Shown here: piece by piece, positions 1 to 12,579 of the stretch
Layout of the letters: every line of letters begins with the position of its first letter
How positions within the stretch are numbered: the first letter of the stretch is position 1
DNA from: Flaccisagitta enflata
Lineage: Eukaryota
Length of the DNA: 64,000 nt
Assembly (NCBI GenBank): GCA_965153355.1
Contig: OZ231126.1
Span: 11,036,001-11,100,000 of the forward strand
Direction of reading: 5' to 3'
Position numbers and translations under genes: made by a program
The notes under the pieces: generated by a model
The model's input: only the letters and a program-made list of their open reading frames with translations
Told to the model about the DNA's origin: nothing
Databases searched by the model: none

Positions 1-719
1 TTGCTTTTGAATTGCAATAGTTGATTAAAAGTAGGTCTTAGAAAGTAGCATGTTTTTTTAAATAAACAAATTCATATCTAAAACACTAATGATTATCAAT
101 CATTTTTTATTAAAATAAGCAATAATGCCAGAAAAATTTTGATTGACCAACATAATTTGAATTTGTATATTATATTCATGTACACAAATTAAAAGGCTTA
201 TTTATTTTGAATAATCACATAATAGGTAATTAAGAATCATTTTTATATTATTGAGATAAAGTGACTACTTTTTTTATGTCCACCCGGTATAAAGATTGTC
301 TCAAACGTAAATGTGAAATTTGATAATTGGGTTTCCCAGCAGGAAAAGGGAAAGACTCACGTAGTATAAATATAGGTAGAATATGCAAAGGTTGAGAATA
401 TACAAAATGAGGCTCGATGCAACGATGTTTTAATCACTGTGGATGTAACATAAGTTTTTATCCATTTCATCCGTTTGAGCGGACCTCTCCATCACGCGGT
501 CGTCAAAAATGCCCCCCAAAATAACTCAATTTTTCTGATGTTGTTTCCTCTTTCTCAGTTTCTATTTCGACCCAAGAACCTAAAAAATATCCTAGTTGCT
601 GCCCTGCTTAGTTGCTCAGCTGCTGCCCTGCTTCCTCTCAATCCAATTCACAATCATGCAAGTGATGCAATGCAGGGCAACAGGTATCGCTACCACATAG
701 TGCCCTTGGGTGACCTGTT

Positions 720-903
720 TTTAGTTGCGGACACGCAACTCTATAAGAGGCTTTGTCCGTCCGTCGGTTGGTCGGTCGGTCCGTCCGTGGACACGAGTCG
801 AAAAGTGAGGAAATGAGCATTTTAGAACTTTTTTAGTTGCGGACAGTTGCATTTTCGCCCCTGCCCACCCGTCCGCAACTGATGGCCGTGTATCCGGCCT
901 TGT
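720..903 (+). mobile_element. HINE-like element
   Basis: AGTTGCGGACACGCAACT hairpin ... GTCCGCAACT ... GGCCGTGTATCCGGCCTTGTT. Confidence 0.7.
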
Positions 904-984
904 TTTTTGGTTTTTTTTTTACAACGATTGCCTAGTAATTACCATGCTCTTTTCGTAAATAAAATTCATTAATTCATTCAAAGA

Positions 985-1400
985 TAATTTGAGGCCTGAG
1001 GAAGCTGTTTTGAGGCCTGAGCGAGACAATTTTAGGCCTAAGAAAGCTGAATTGAGGTTCAGAATGTATGAGAAGGGTGATTATGAGGCCCGTTATACTA
1101 AATTTAAGCTTGAGTGAGCTTATTCTGGGTCTAAGAGGGCTAAAATTATATTTGAGAGGTTTAATTTGAGGCCTATGAGGGTAGACTTGAGGTCTCAGAG
1201 GGCTGATTTGAGGCGTGAGAGGGCTGATTTGAGGCCTGAGAGAGCTAATTAGAGGCCTGAGAAGGTTTATTTTAGGCCCCAGAAAGCTGATATGAGGCTT
1301 GAGAAGGCTTATTTTAGGCCTCAGAGGACTAAAAGGGCCTTTGAAGCTAAATTGCAGTCTGAGAGAGCTGAGAGGGCAGATTTTGAGCCTTGAAAGGGTT
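985..1400. repeat. Degenerate 21-bp minisatellite (GGCTGATTTGAGGCCTGAGAG)
   Basis: Related to the internal arrays at 18090-18350 and 40120-40395. Confidence 0.75.
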
Positions 1401-1752
1401 GATGGGGGGAGGCTGATGCACAAACAAGCGAATGACCAAACAAACAAATGCCCAAAACGCAAAGAATTTCTGCTCATGAAAAGCTGGCAATATTCTTGAC
1501 TTTTTTCTGCACGGCAATAACCACCATTGCATTACTGGTATATGTACAGCGGAGATTGAGATGATGTTGAACTGCTGAAGTCCTTCCCTTAACAACATGG
1601 ACTAAAAGACTTGATACGCGGCTGCCCAAGTAACGTACAGGTGGGCAGGGACAGGATAGGATAGGATAGGATAAGCAAGTATTTGGGTGGGAGCAGTGAT
1701 GCAAAAACCGTTAGTAATCGCGAACACCGTGTTCCCTAGCTGTGGTAGGTAA

Positions 1753-1978
1753 GAACAAGGCCGGATACACGGCCACCAGTTGCGGACGGGTGGGCAGGGG
1801 CGGAAATGTGCGTTTTTCCTCTTTTTGACTCGTGCTGACGGACGGGGGGACGGACGGACGGACGGACGGACGGACGGACGGACGGACGGACGGATGGACG
1901 GACGGACGGACGGACGGACGGACGGACGGACGGACGGACGGACAAAGCCTCTTATAGAGTTGCGTGTCCGCAACTAAA
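1753..1978 (-). mobile_element. HINE-like element with long (GTCC)n, inserted in another repeat
   Basis: Splits the ACCGTGTTCCCTAGCTGTGGTAGG...TGACTCAGCATAGC repeat, which is seen uninterrupted at ~16218 and ~20303 (minus). Confidence 0.75.
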
Positions 1979-2077
1979 AAATAACTCAGCATAGCGACTT
2001 ATTCTGGGGTATTGTTTAAGTGTAGATGCATGTCACTAACAGATGTTACTCAATTATTGGAACTGGACCACTTAAAC

Positions 2078-3244
2078 ATGGATCGTCAAACGCGTCCGGC
2101 ATTGGTTCATCCCCCAAATCAGCAGCGGCCGGATCCTCGTGACGAAACTCCCAACCCAAAAAGGCGTCGACAGGAGAAGAGGGCGCCGGCAATCGATCCA
2201 GCGCATCCTCAGCAGCAGCAGCAGCAACAACAGCAGCCAAAGCAGCAACAACAACATCAAAAGCAGCAACGGCAACAACAACAGCAGCAGCTGCAGCAAC
2301 AACAGCTTCATGCCACGGCCAACACCAAAAGCAAAGGCAAAGGCAAAAACAATAACATCAAAAAGAAGCAACAACTTCCTCCTCAACAGCAGGAGGTCCC
2401 CAGCGCAGCGGCAATTGCTCCGGGTAGCGGGGGAGCAACTGCGTCTTCAGCGGCGTCCGCGTCAAAGAAGACAAAGGAGCTTAAAAAGCGGCCGGGAGCA
2501 GCAGCAGCGCAAGGGAATCCAAAAGGCGACATTCAGCCTCCAGCGGGCGCAACTGGTTCTACGGCGCCTAAACAGCAAGCTAAGGGACCGACAGCGCCTC
2601 AGCAACAGGAGAAGGATTCGCCAACTCCTTCGTCGACGGTTCTTGACATCGATACTGGACATCGCATCGACGAGCATCTGCTACGCCTATGTGCAACAAC
2701 TCCGTCCAATGCCTCTAAGCGACAGTTGCAAAGACTTGCGTCGTCCCTACCGCCGACTTATTACCAATCATTCAGCAACGCTCAGCGTGTTGAATGTGCT
2801 CGTCAGCTATGGGACATGGCGGAAAAAGCTCGAATCGAGAAAAACATCGCCGACTCGAGAAGAAAAGCGATGATTGCGCTCGATGCGAAGGTCAAGAGCG
2901 ATACGCGAGTGACGGAACTGGAGAAACAGTTGGAGACAGCGAGAAAGGTTGCGGATGCAAAGGCAAAGGAGGCGGTGGGATTTCAGCAGACGGCGTTGGC
3001 GGCAGCATCTGTTAAACACGTCGTCTGTATCCAACAAGATCCTCGCGCCATCCTAGCTCCTGTGACTGCGACGACATCTTCATCTCCAGCTGCATCTGCA
3101 GAAAACAAAAGTCGGCCTTCCGTTTCGTCGACTGTGCAAAGCGCCAAAGACGCTCCCAAGACAGCGCCGAAGAAAAAGAGGCGTCCTTGGAATCCAGGCC
3201 GCCAGCCGCAGCAGCAGCAAGACCATCAGCAGCCGCCGCAATAA
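2078..3244 (+). CDS. Intronless orphan ORF (~388 aa): Gln/Lys/Ala-rich, predicted coiled coil, two basic NLS-like clusters
   Basis: 1.17-kb stop-free, GC/CpG-rich frame in AT-rich surroundings. aacATGg start context. Motifs PKRRR and PKKKRR. Helical-looking segment IADSRRKAM...ELEKQLETARKVADAKAKEA. No family recognised. Confidence 0.55.
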   Translation: MDRQTRPALVHPPNQQRPDPRDETPNPKRRRQEKRAPAIDPAHPQQQQQQQQQPKQQQQHQKQQRQQQQQQLQQQQLHATANTKSKGKGKNNNIKKKQQLPPQQQEVPSAAAIAPGSGGATASSAASASKKTKELKKRPGAAAAQGNPKGDIQPPAGATGSTAPKQQAKGPTAPQQQEKDSPTPSSTVLDIDTGHRIDEHLLRLCATTPSNASKRQLQRLASSLPPTYYQSFSNAQRVECARQLWDMAEKARIEKNIADSRRKAMIALDAKVKSDTRVTELEKQLETARKVADAKAKEAVGFQQTALAAASVKHVVCIQQDPRAILAPVTATTSSSPAASAENKSRPSVSSTVQSAKDAPKTAPKKKRRPWNPGRQPQQQQDHQQPPQ

Positions 3245-5229
3245 AGCTGCATCCGGTGCCACGTCCATTGTTACCATCCTATTAATTTCCGTCAAGTAAC
3301 GCGACGTGGAGAGCGCCACCATTTTCGCTGAGTCGTCATCATTTCATCGCGACGCTCATCCCTCGATGGACAGGCCGGCATAGTCGGGGGCGCTACCCGG
3401 GGCGTGGGATTCTTATCCGCCCCGGGGCCTGGCGAAAAACGCCCGCGTAAGTTTCATGGAAGAGATGGTGTGTGAATTTTTTTGTTATTATGTTTGAATC
3501 TGCATATGATAAGAACTTTACTAATCCATCTACCCCCATTTTTCCTTTTCTTTCATCTCCCCGCGAGGGGAGAAAAACTTCTCAGACGACGGCGCCATCT
3601 GCCCAACTTCGCGGTGTCCATTTCGCGCCTTTCATTCTCGTCTCTTACCCACGATTTGACGAGCTGTTGGAGCTTCCGATATGGTCCGCATGTTTCCTTT
3701 TGGAAATGGTGCAGGTGACGTGGTCGTTCCCATGAATCTTACCTAATTTTTGCTTTTCAGATTCGGTTTTAATATAGGCTAGTAGTAACTTATATTTTTA
3801 TACTTGTTTTGTTGTTCTTTGGAACATGTATGTTTTTCTTGTTTGTATTTGACATTGTCTTTTTAGCATGTTATTACGAAGATGTTCGTATTATAATATT
3901 TTAGTCAATGCCCTCTACTTATACTTTTCCACCTCGACAGCAAATCCCAGTCTAGAGGTGCTCCTAGGCGTTCCCCTTTCCCCTTCCCTTTTAATTTTTT
4001 CCTCAGAACGGGTGCCTTTTCTTCCTCGTCTCCGTCTCGTCTCCGCTCTTCGGGTGTTGGATTGATCACATCGCTTGGTCGACGCCTCCCCCTTGCCGGA
4101 CGGGGGGGGGGAATCTTTCGCCGCCATGTTGCTCGTCGGTCTCCTTCTGCAAGAGGGGTGGGGATGAAAGAGGCGGAGGCGGGGGAGGGAGGCGAGGGCT
4201 GTAGATTATCATTGTAAATTTTTTTTAGCGTGACAGATGGGTTTTTTAGTATGGTTTCCCGCGACTAGAAACTAGATGTCGGATTTTTGAAATTTGTGAA
4301 ATTCCAAAAATGGGGCAGAGTGTATGGGAATGATGATGTTCTTCGCGTGAATGCTTTTCTCTCTTTCTTTGTCCAATTCGATGCCTTTTGTTTCCATTTA
4401 ATTTAACCATGAACCATATGGTTGCGCATGGATTTTGATGTTCTTTTATTCGCTGAGAGATACATGTTATCATGTATTTTCTTCTTTTACATTTTTCGTC
4501 GTCGTGCTTTTTATGCTTCGCATTTTTATCTCGGATAAATACCGTTATCATGGCATCGCTTCTTAATGGAATGATTGATATTTTGCGTGTTTTTCATGTT
4601 TTGCGCCCTTGGAATTTCTCATCTTTCATAAGTCTCTCATCCCTTTATTTCAGAGACTTATGTACGAAAGCCTGACTTATTTGACGATCACGACGCTGGC
4701 TGGAAACCAAGGAAATTGGGCCTAAAGTAAGTTTTATCATTTTAGCGTTTTAGTATTTTATCATTGTTTTTTGTCGTATGGTTTTTTATTGTTTTATTGT
4801 CTGTTTTTGGCGTTTTATCGTCTGTTTTTATCGTCTGTCCGGTCAACTAATTATTGGGTGATATGGGTGAATTTAATGGGCTGGGCAGGGCGGGGGCAGT
4901 GTACGGATCTGGCTTCATGGCCTCTGCATAAGATGTACATGTTGTTATTGGCTGTTTCTGTCCATGTCTATCCTGATCTCATGTTACTTTCATGCATTGG
5001 TTGACCATATTTTCATGCCCTATTTTCCCTTTCACTTTCTCCCCCATCTCAGATTGTTGAAATTTTTACCACATCAAAGAGACCATCGTCACGCCATTTT
5101 CCAATCTACGCCCAAATTCCTTTGCGTCTACCATCGTCAGTCAGTCAGAGATTTCCACAAACAAAGCTAACCCAGAGTCGAAACTAGTATTCACGTGGGA
5201 GAATATAAAGTGAATTACAAAGAAAGAGA

Positions 5230-5309
<80 letters not shown>

Positions 5310-5723
5310 CAAACAGATGGACTGAGAAAGTGTATGTGAGATTGAGTGAAAAAGAGATAAAGGGATGCTCAAACTACCGCTGCCGCTGCCGCTTCCACTT
5401 CCGCTTCCGCTTCCGCTTCTGCATCTTTAATAGCGAGTATCTGACTGCTTCATTCAATCCAATTCTGACGTTTTGACTTCCTTTGAAATGAGAACCTTGA
5501 AAATTGTATTCGGATTTTACTGTTTCAAGTCTGTTTTTGATATTTGATTATTGTAGAAATGATAACAAAGTGTTATTTAGTAAAAGAAAAGTAAAAGAAT
5601 TGGTTGTCGATCCAAATGCATGTCGCCCTACATTTTAAAACTTTCTCGTACTTGTTGTGGCATCATTCCCCGATAATACAAGTTGTTTTTTATCTAGCTT
5701 TAACAACAACTGTTAACCCTGCC

Positions 5724-6259
5724 TAGGCAAAGAAGTGTGTTCAACTTTACGAGGGTTCACAATCAAGATTTTTGGCTCGTACTTCGAGAAGCATGACATC
5801 AGCTAGTATTTCAAATTTCAGGACAATCGCATCAATAGTTAAGAAGTTACGGCCTTTTTCATACTTAAAAAGTAAAAGAGAAAACCGATGTTCTTTTTTT
5901 CCATTCTTCCTTTGAACTCGCCCCAAATCAAAATTTTAAGATTTTTGGAAAAAAGTAAGGTTACAGGATTTTGGATCTAGGCGAATTAAACAATTTCCTA
6001 TCGATTGCACCTCACTTTTGAAAACCATTTTCAAAAAAAAATATTTTGTGATTTTTTTTCAAGTCTCTGATGCGTGACACAAAAATTTTTAAAGTTTTTT
6101 GTAAAAAGTGAAAATACAAGATTTTGGATCTAGGCAAATCAAACAATTTCCTATTGATTGCACCCGCTTCAATGATTCTCAACACTTCAGGGGGCGAGTT
6201 TTTTTCAAAACGAGATGCGCTCTCAGCCTTAGAAATCTTAAGTTGTAGCTCGTCCCCTA
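5724..6259. mobile_element. Non-autonomous DNA transposon, TAGG...CCTA termini, 7-bp TSD (CCCTGCC)
   Basis: TSD at 5717-5723 and 6260-6266. Homologous to 55264-56831 in the opposite orientation. Confidence 0.75.
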
Positions 6260-7794
6260 CCCTGCCTGATATGTATTTTTGCAGTCCAGAAATCTCTATA
6301 CACAAACTTGACAAAGAACATTTCAGATGGAGTGACTTTTTTATTTACAACATTGTATGGAATGAACAATGCAATAGTGACACGGGGAATTTCTGTTGCA
6401 GAAAAAAAAATATTGACTCGTATAACAAATGTTTACCAACGAGAGAGCATCGATTCTAGTATATAGTAGTGACTAGAAGAATCGATCTCCCATGAGTAAT
6501 CTGAGGGCGCTGAGGGTCTATCCGCAGTTTTTTCCATGAAGATGATGATGGCGATGGCGCTGGCGACCATTAGGGTTATAACAGAGTTTTTTTCTTTTTT
6601 TTTTCTTTTTTTCCTATTTTTTTCTTCTTTTCTTTTCATTCACTCTTTTTGTCGTCGCCGCCGTCACCATTGTTGCCGTTGCCGTTGATGTCTCCATTGT
6701 TGTTGCTGTCGACATTATCATTGTCTTCGTCGTCGTCGCTGCCGCTGTCGCCGTTGTTGTCGACAACATCATCAACTTCAAGACGATTACAATGGTGACG
6801 GCAAAGGCGACAGCAACGGCAATAGCAACAACGATGCCAGCGCCTTTGCCAGCGCCAGTGCCACCTTCTCCTCGACCTCCTTCAGCTCATCTTTATCGCC
6901 TCTCAACCCCACGAGTCCAGGAAATAGAATGGCATTAGATGATTTGCGCCATAAAACTAGATCTGTTTTAAACATGTTTACTTAGTAGAAAATCTAAGCC
7001 GCTTATACATTTAGGTTCTATTATTTACTGACTATGTAGTTCAAGTCTCTATCTTGCATTGTCATGGCTGACGGCCCTGAATTTTGCATTTTACATATGA
7101 GAGTATTTTTTCTCCATTTTCTTAGATCTCAGCAAATTGCACTTTTGAGTTTATTTACTACTCTGAGGTTTATACCTTGTCCTCTATATGAATACCCTGC
7201 CCTGAATCTAAACAAAGGGAATAAATTGGGTCTATCTACATTAATATTTGGGAAGAGACAAATGATTTTGGGCCTAAAATGATTTTATTTCCTGATATCA
7301 TATAAATGATGGGACTGTGCCCCGCCATCGCCACCGCCGTCATTTTCATCTTTTCTGTCAAATCATTATCATCTTCAGTCTTTTTTTAATTCTTTTTTTT
7401 TCATCTCCAGCGCCAACGCCAGCGCTGTTGCCAGCGCCAGAGCCAATGCCAAATTTTCCTTGTCATTTTTAATCATTCTTCATAATTAATCCTTTTTACT
7501 CAATCTACAATACAAGAGCCGTCGCCAGCGCCAGCGCTAGCGCCAATGCCACCTTCTCCTCTAGACCCGGAATAAATCTGCGGATAAACCTGGGGATAAA
7601 CCTGGGGATAAACCTGCGGATTAAACTAAAGAGCACTTAAAACTGCAGATAAAACTGCGGATAAAGGCTTTGTCTTTGTTAAAGCCCTGCCCTCAGCCCT
7701 CAGATTACGACTGTCTCCATACAGGTAAAGAAGTGCGGCAGGGGGAGAAATATCCGTTAACAAAATAATTGTTTTTAGTTACTACGGCTGCTGT

Positions 7795-9462
7795 TGGGTG
7801 GTGTGACATACATTGGAGAATTCTTGGCTGTGTGACATAAATCGGAGAAAACTGGGTGGTGTGACAAACATTGGAGAATTCTAGGCTGTGTGACATACAT
7901 TGGAGAAAACTGGGTGATGTGAAATACATCCAAGAATTCTGGGCTGTGTGACAAACATCGGAGAAAACTGGGTGGTGTAACATACATTGAAGAATTCTGG
8001 GCTGTGTGACATACATCGGAGAAAACTGGGTGGTGTGACATACATCCAAGAATTCTGGGCTGTGTGACATACATTGGAGAAAACTGGGTGATGTGACATA
8101 CATCCCAGAATTCTGGGCTGTATGACATACATCAGAGAATTCTGGGCTGTGTGACATAAATCGGAGAATTCTGGGCTGTGTGTCAAACATTGGAGACAAC
8201 TGGGTGGTGTGACATAGATCAGAGAATTCTGGGCAGTGTGACATACATCGGAGAAAACTGGGTGGTGTGACATACATTGGAGAATTCTGGGCTGTGTGAC
8301 ATACATTGGAGAAAACTGGGTTGTGTGACATACAGACAGTTACTACGGCTGCTGTTGTGTGGTGTGACATACATTGGAGAATTCTAGGCTGTGTGACATA
8401 CATTGGAGAAAACTGGGTGATGTGACATACATTGAAGAATTCTGGGCTGTGTGACATACATCGGAGAAAACTGGGTTGTGTGACATACATCCAAGAATTT
8501 TGGGCTGTGTGACATACATTGGAGAAAACTGGGTGATGTGACATACATCCAAGAATTCTGGGCTGTATGACATACATCAGAGAATTCTGGGCTGTGTGAC
8601 ATAAATCGGAGAATTCTGGGCTGTGTGACAAACATTGGAGACAACTGGATGGTGTGACATAGATCAGAGAATTCTGGGCAGTGTGACATACATCGGAGAA
8701 AACTGGGTGGTGTGACATACATCAGAGAATTCTGGGTTGTGTGACATACATTGGAGAAAACTGGGTTGTGTGACATACATCGGAGACTTCTGGGCTGTGT
8801 GACATACATTGGAGAATTCTGGGCTGTGTGACATACATCGGAGAAAACTTGGTGGTGTGACATACATTGGAAAATTCTGGGCTGTGTGACATACATCGGA
8901 GAAAACTGGGTGATGTGACATACATCAGTTAATTCTGGGCTGTGTGGCATACATTGGAAAAAAATGGGTGGTGTGACATACATAGGAGAATTCTGGGCTA
9001 TGTTACCCTCGGGTGATTTGTTGAATTTTGGTTAATGAGGTAACAATCATTGCCCTAACTATTTGGTAAGCAGTTTGCTTTTGGGTTAGATTGAGAAGAA
9101 ACGTTTTCAGGTTCTGTTTATGGGGAACTAGGAGTGGTGCGCGTATTAACTGGTCAGTGAGGGTTCACAAGGCCCTCTTCCATTTGGTTCAACTTGGGTA
9201 TAGTGAGGGATATTGTTTCACTTTTCATACAATGGAGAAAACTGGGTTTCGTGACATACATCAGAGAATTCTGGGCTGTGTGACATACATCGGAGAAAAC
9301 TGGGTGGTGTGACATACATTGGAGAATTCTTCGTGGTGTGACATACGTCGGAGAATTCTAGGCTGTGTGACAAACATCATAGAAAATTTTGTTTTGTGAC
9401 ATACATTGGAGAAAACTGGGTGGTGTGACATACACTGGAGAAAACTAGGCTGTGTGACATAC
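7795..9462. repeat. 29-bp satellite (GTGACATACATYGGAGAA[TTCTGGGCTGT|AACTGGGTGGT]), interrupted at ~9003-9226
   Basis: About 50 units in two alternating variants. Confidence 0.95.
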
Positions 9463-9842
9463 AAAAAAACATAATGCACGTTGCGGAGAAATCTCTGAAA
9501 CTTAAGTGTTCCACTATCGTAGAAGACAATTTGTATTTGTACTAAGTACTTTTACTAAATGAGGGTGGAAGGGTGGGGAAGGGCCCAAGGAGGAGGCTAA
9601 AGAACTTAGCTTGAAATTTTGACTTCAACTCAAAAACCCAGCCTCGCTCAACAACTTTAAGGATTAATTGCACCTTGTAGACATCCAATCATATGGATGT
9701 TCAAAAAGCAAAAAAAAAAATTTTAACTCTACTTACTCATATGATAAAGACAAAAAATCGTTGTTTTTCATTATCCTCAAGAAGATACAAGATAATTTTT
9801 TCTCTTTTTGCTAATGAAGATCATTCACTCTTTGAAGAAATT

Positions 9843-10055
9843 TCTAGTCGCTTGCTACGCGACTCTACAACCCACTTTGTCGGTTGGTCGGTCCGTCTGT
9901 CCATCCGTCCATTGGTCCATCCGTCACACTTTACTTTTTTTTGTTTTTTTTTTTGCGGTGTTTGGCCTCACTGCTCCTGTCCAAATGATTAAGTGACCTC
10001 AAATACAGCCCCTGCCCACCCGCACGCGACTGGGGTAGCTGTTATCCGGCCTTGT
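9843..10055 (+). mobile_element. HINE-like element
   Basis: Same termini; GCACGCGACT subterminal variant. Confidence 0.65.
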
Positions 10056-11199
10056 TTTTTTAAATGGTAACACAAAAATGTTACTTGGATTTTTTGATCA
10101 TTTGTAAAACATTAGAAGTTTTGAAGATTCTTCGACTTTTTGAGACCTGTTTGCCCATAAATTTTTGCGTTATTTTAGGAAGTTGTTGCATTTTTTAGGT
10201 GAAACCAAAAAACTCATGAAATTGATAGCTAAGAAAAAGCTGATTTTTAGTCGCGTTTAGGGACTCTATGACCCACTCTGTCCATAAGTCCATCCGTCAC
10301 ACTTGGGTTTGCTTTGCTTTTTTTTTTTCTTTTTTTTTCATTTTAAGTCATTTTAAGTTATTTCAAGACAATTTTCATTTAGTCTTTTAGTCTTGTAATC
10401 TTTTAGTCTTTTGGTCTTATGGTTTTAACAACCGCATGCAATTATAGGGTGTTGGCAATGTTTTCTTTTATTTTTACTTCAAATAACGCCAAACAGAATG
10501 CTTTGCAATCAATAATTTTTTTATTTAAGTTTTTCTTAAATCCTTTTTATGTTTTCACATTTTTCCAAAAAATGATGTATTGAGCCATTTGAAAACAATT
10601 TAAGCTTTAAATTAAACTTGGTGATAATTATGTATGCTAGCAACTAAATTGTGTGTACCAGCGGGTTCATGAAAACTAGAAGCTTACTCACATTGCAAGA
10701 AACTGATATCAGACATGTTGAAAAATGCACTTTACCTGTGTAAACAGATACAAGTATGCATGCAGACATGCATACTCTCCCATCTTAATCTATTTCTCCT
10801 CGCCAATTCTCTTTCTGTCTGTCGATATGTATCTGTCTGTCTTACTTTTTTTCTATCTCTCTTTTTTTTTCCTCTTTTTCTCCCTCCCTGCCTCTATATG
10901 TGTATGTCTGTCTGTCTATCTATCCCTCTTTTTTTCTCTTTCTGTCTCTGTCTCTTGGCATTAACAACTTTTATCTTACGGCGAGAGCTGCCATTATTGT
11001 ATGATTTTATGATTTGACCCTTATGTTTGGATTGTATAAATATGACAAAGAAATTCCCATCCTCTGCTATTAGACGCACCCAAATCCTTTCTTGGTGATT
11101 TAGCCGGTAGTGCAAAAGGTCCCCCCTTCGGCTTCCCCTCAATCGCGTGAGGACAAAACCCATTTCTCCCGAAGCGTGATGGAATTCGCGAGAGAGGAA

Positions 11200-11369
<170 letters not shown>

Positions 11370-12471
11370 GACAGATGGGCAGAGACTGACACTCAAGTCG
11401 ATTCTTGCTTACTGTTTGACATTCCATCGTAGCAATGTCAAGATCACATTTTATTGACTTCGGTTCGTTGAGAATTTACATGCAAAGATCGATGTTTCTG
11501 GCTTAACAAATGAAGGAGCCGCTGATGGGGCCGACGCGCCGCGCTGATCGGAGCCGCTGATCGGAGCCGCCTTTTCTTCGCCGCCGCATAAATATTTTTG
11601 GAAGATCAGCGCAAACATTATTGCATGAAAGCAAAAAAAAAAAATATATAATGCAGCAATCTTGCCTTTTGTCTTAACTTCCGCTCCCCTTCCACCCACT
11701 CACCCTTTGGACAAACTCCTCTCATCTTAGCATCTCATCTTAGCATTGACTAATTCTAACATTCAGAGATGCCGATTCGACTAAGCTGCCGCGTTGCATA
11801 AAAAGTTCAGCAAAAGCAGCCGCACTTTCTAAACGTACATACAGGGTCTTCAAACTCATTTGACACGAAAAGAACCTATGCTGTGCAAAAACGAATCAAC
11901 TTTTCAATTTGATTTTTTTTTCTCCTAAAGAACTACATATCAGAGAAGTCACGATATTATCGACTAGTAGATTAATCGGGTCGATTTTCTATATTTTCAA
12001 AAAATCTTCCTGATTCACCAAAGCACAAATGTATCAGGTCGATTTTTTGTCTGTTTTCCGGCCTAAATGAAGCTAGCACTAATTTAGTACTATCTAGGCG
12101 CATTTACATGAATATCTCAAGTTAGAATCAACCAATCATCAAAAAATCGGTGACATAACTAAAGCACTTCAAATTTGCAAGAGATTGACGCAAACTGCAT
12201 CTCTCCAGCTCTTTCCGTTCAAAAGTTAGTCAACTTTGATTGAAATACTTCAGTTTCGCTTTTGCCATTTCACTCCATCTTCTGAGGGTATCACTTCCCT
12301 CTTTCTTCAATTACTTCTAAATGCGTTGAGCTAGACAGATGCGGTTTGCGTTGCCTGCTTGCAAATTCGAAGGGCTTCATTTATGTCACCGATTTTTCCA
12401 TGATTTGATGAGTCTTGTGAAAGCTACAAGTCTAAATGTAGCAAAAGAAGAGACAAAAACAAATTGCGAGA

Positions 12472-12579
12472 AAGATCCAGAAGGCCTCCACTCCAGAGTA
12501 CCTCAAGAAACTCTACAAATCGCTTCCCCAGATAAGGACGGCCCTTATTCAGTCAAAGGGAACTCTCACTAATTATTGA
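12472..12579 (+). pseudogene. Tc1-family transposase C-terminal remnant (KIQKASTPEYLKKLYKSLPQIRTALIQSKGTLTNY*)
   Basis: Resembles the Tc1 C-terminal pattern L..L..S.P.R..A.I..KG..T.Y*, and lies inside the TIR pair. Confidence 0.7.

Noticed and set aside
974-1477. 167-aa ORF with a LRPQISP heptad repeat
   Set aside because: Translation of the 21-bp minisatellite carried by a repeat family.
3373-3445. GGCCGGCAT start resembling the HDV ribozyme 5' end
   Set aside because: No P3/L3 element or P1 partner in the required order.
4836-4862. Possible right-hand TIR matching the terminus at 2034-2068
   Set aside because: Only about two-thirds identity with gaps, and no TSD; could be chance.
7705-8983. 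Long minus-strand ORFs (337, 199, 141 aa) with Cys/His periodicity
   Set aside because: They are translations of the 29-bp satellite. All frames give the same rotating peptide, so openness reflects unit composition.
7795-9462. CRISPR-like regular repeats
   Set aside because: Units are contiguous with no unique spacers, there are no cas genes, and the context is eukaryotic.
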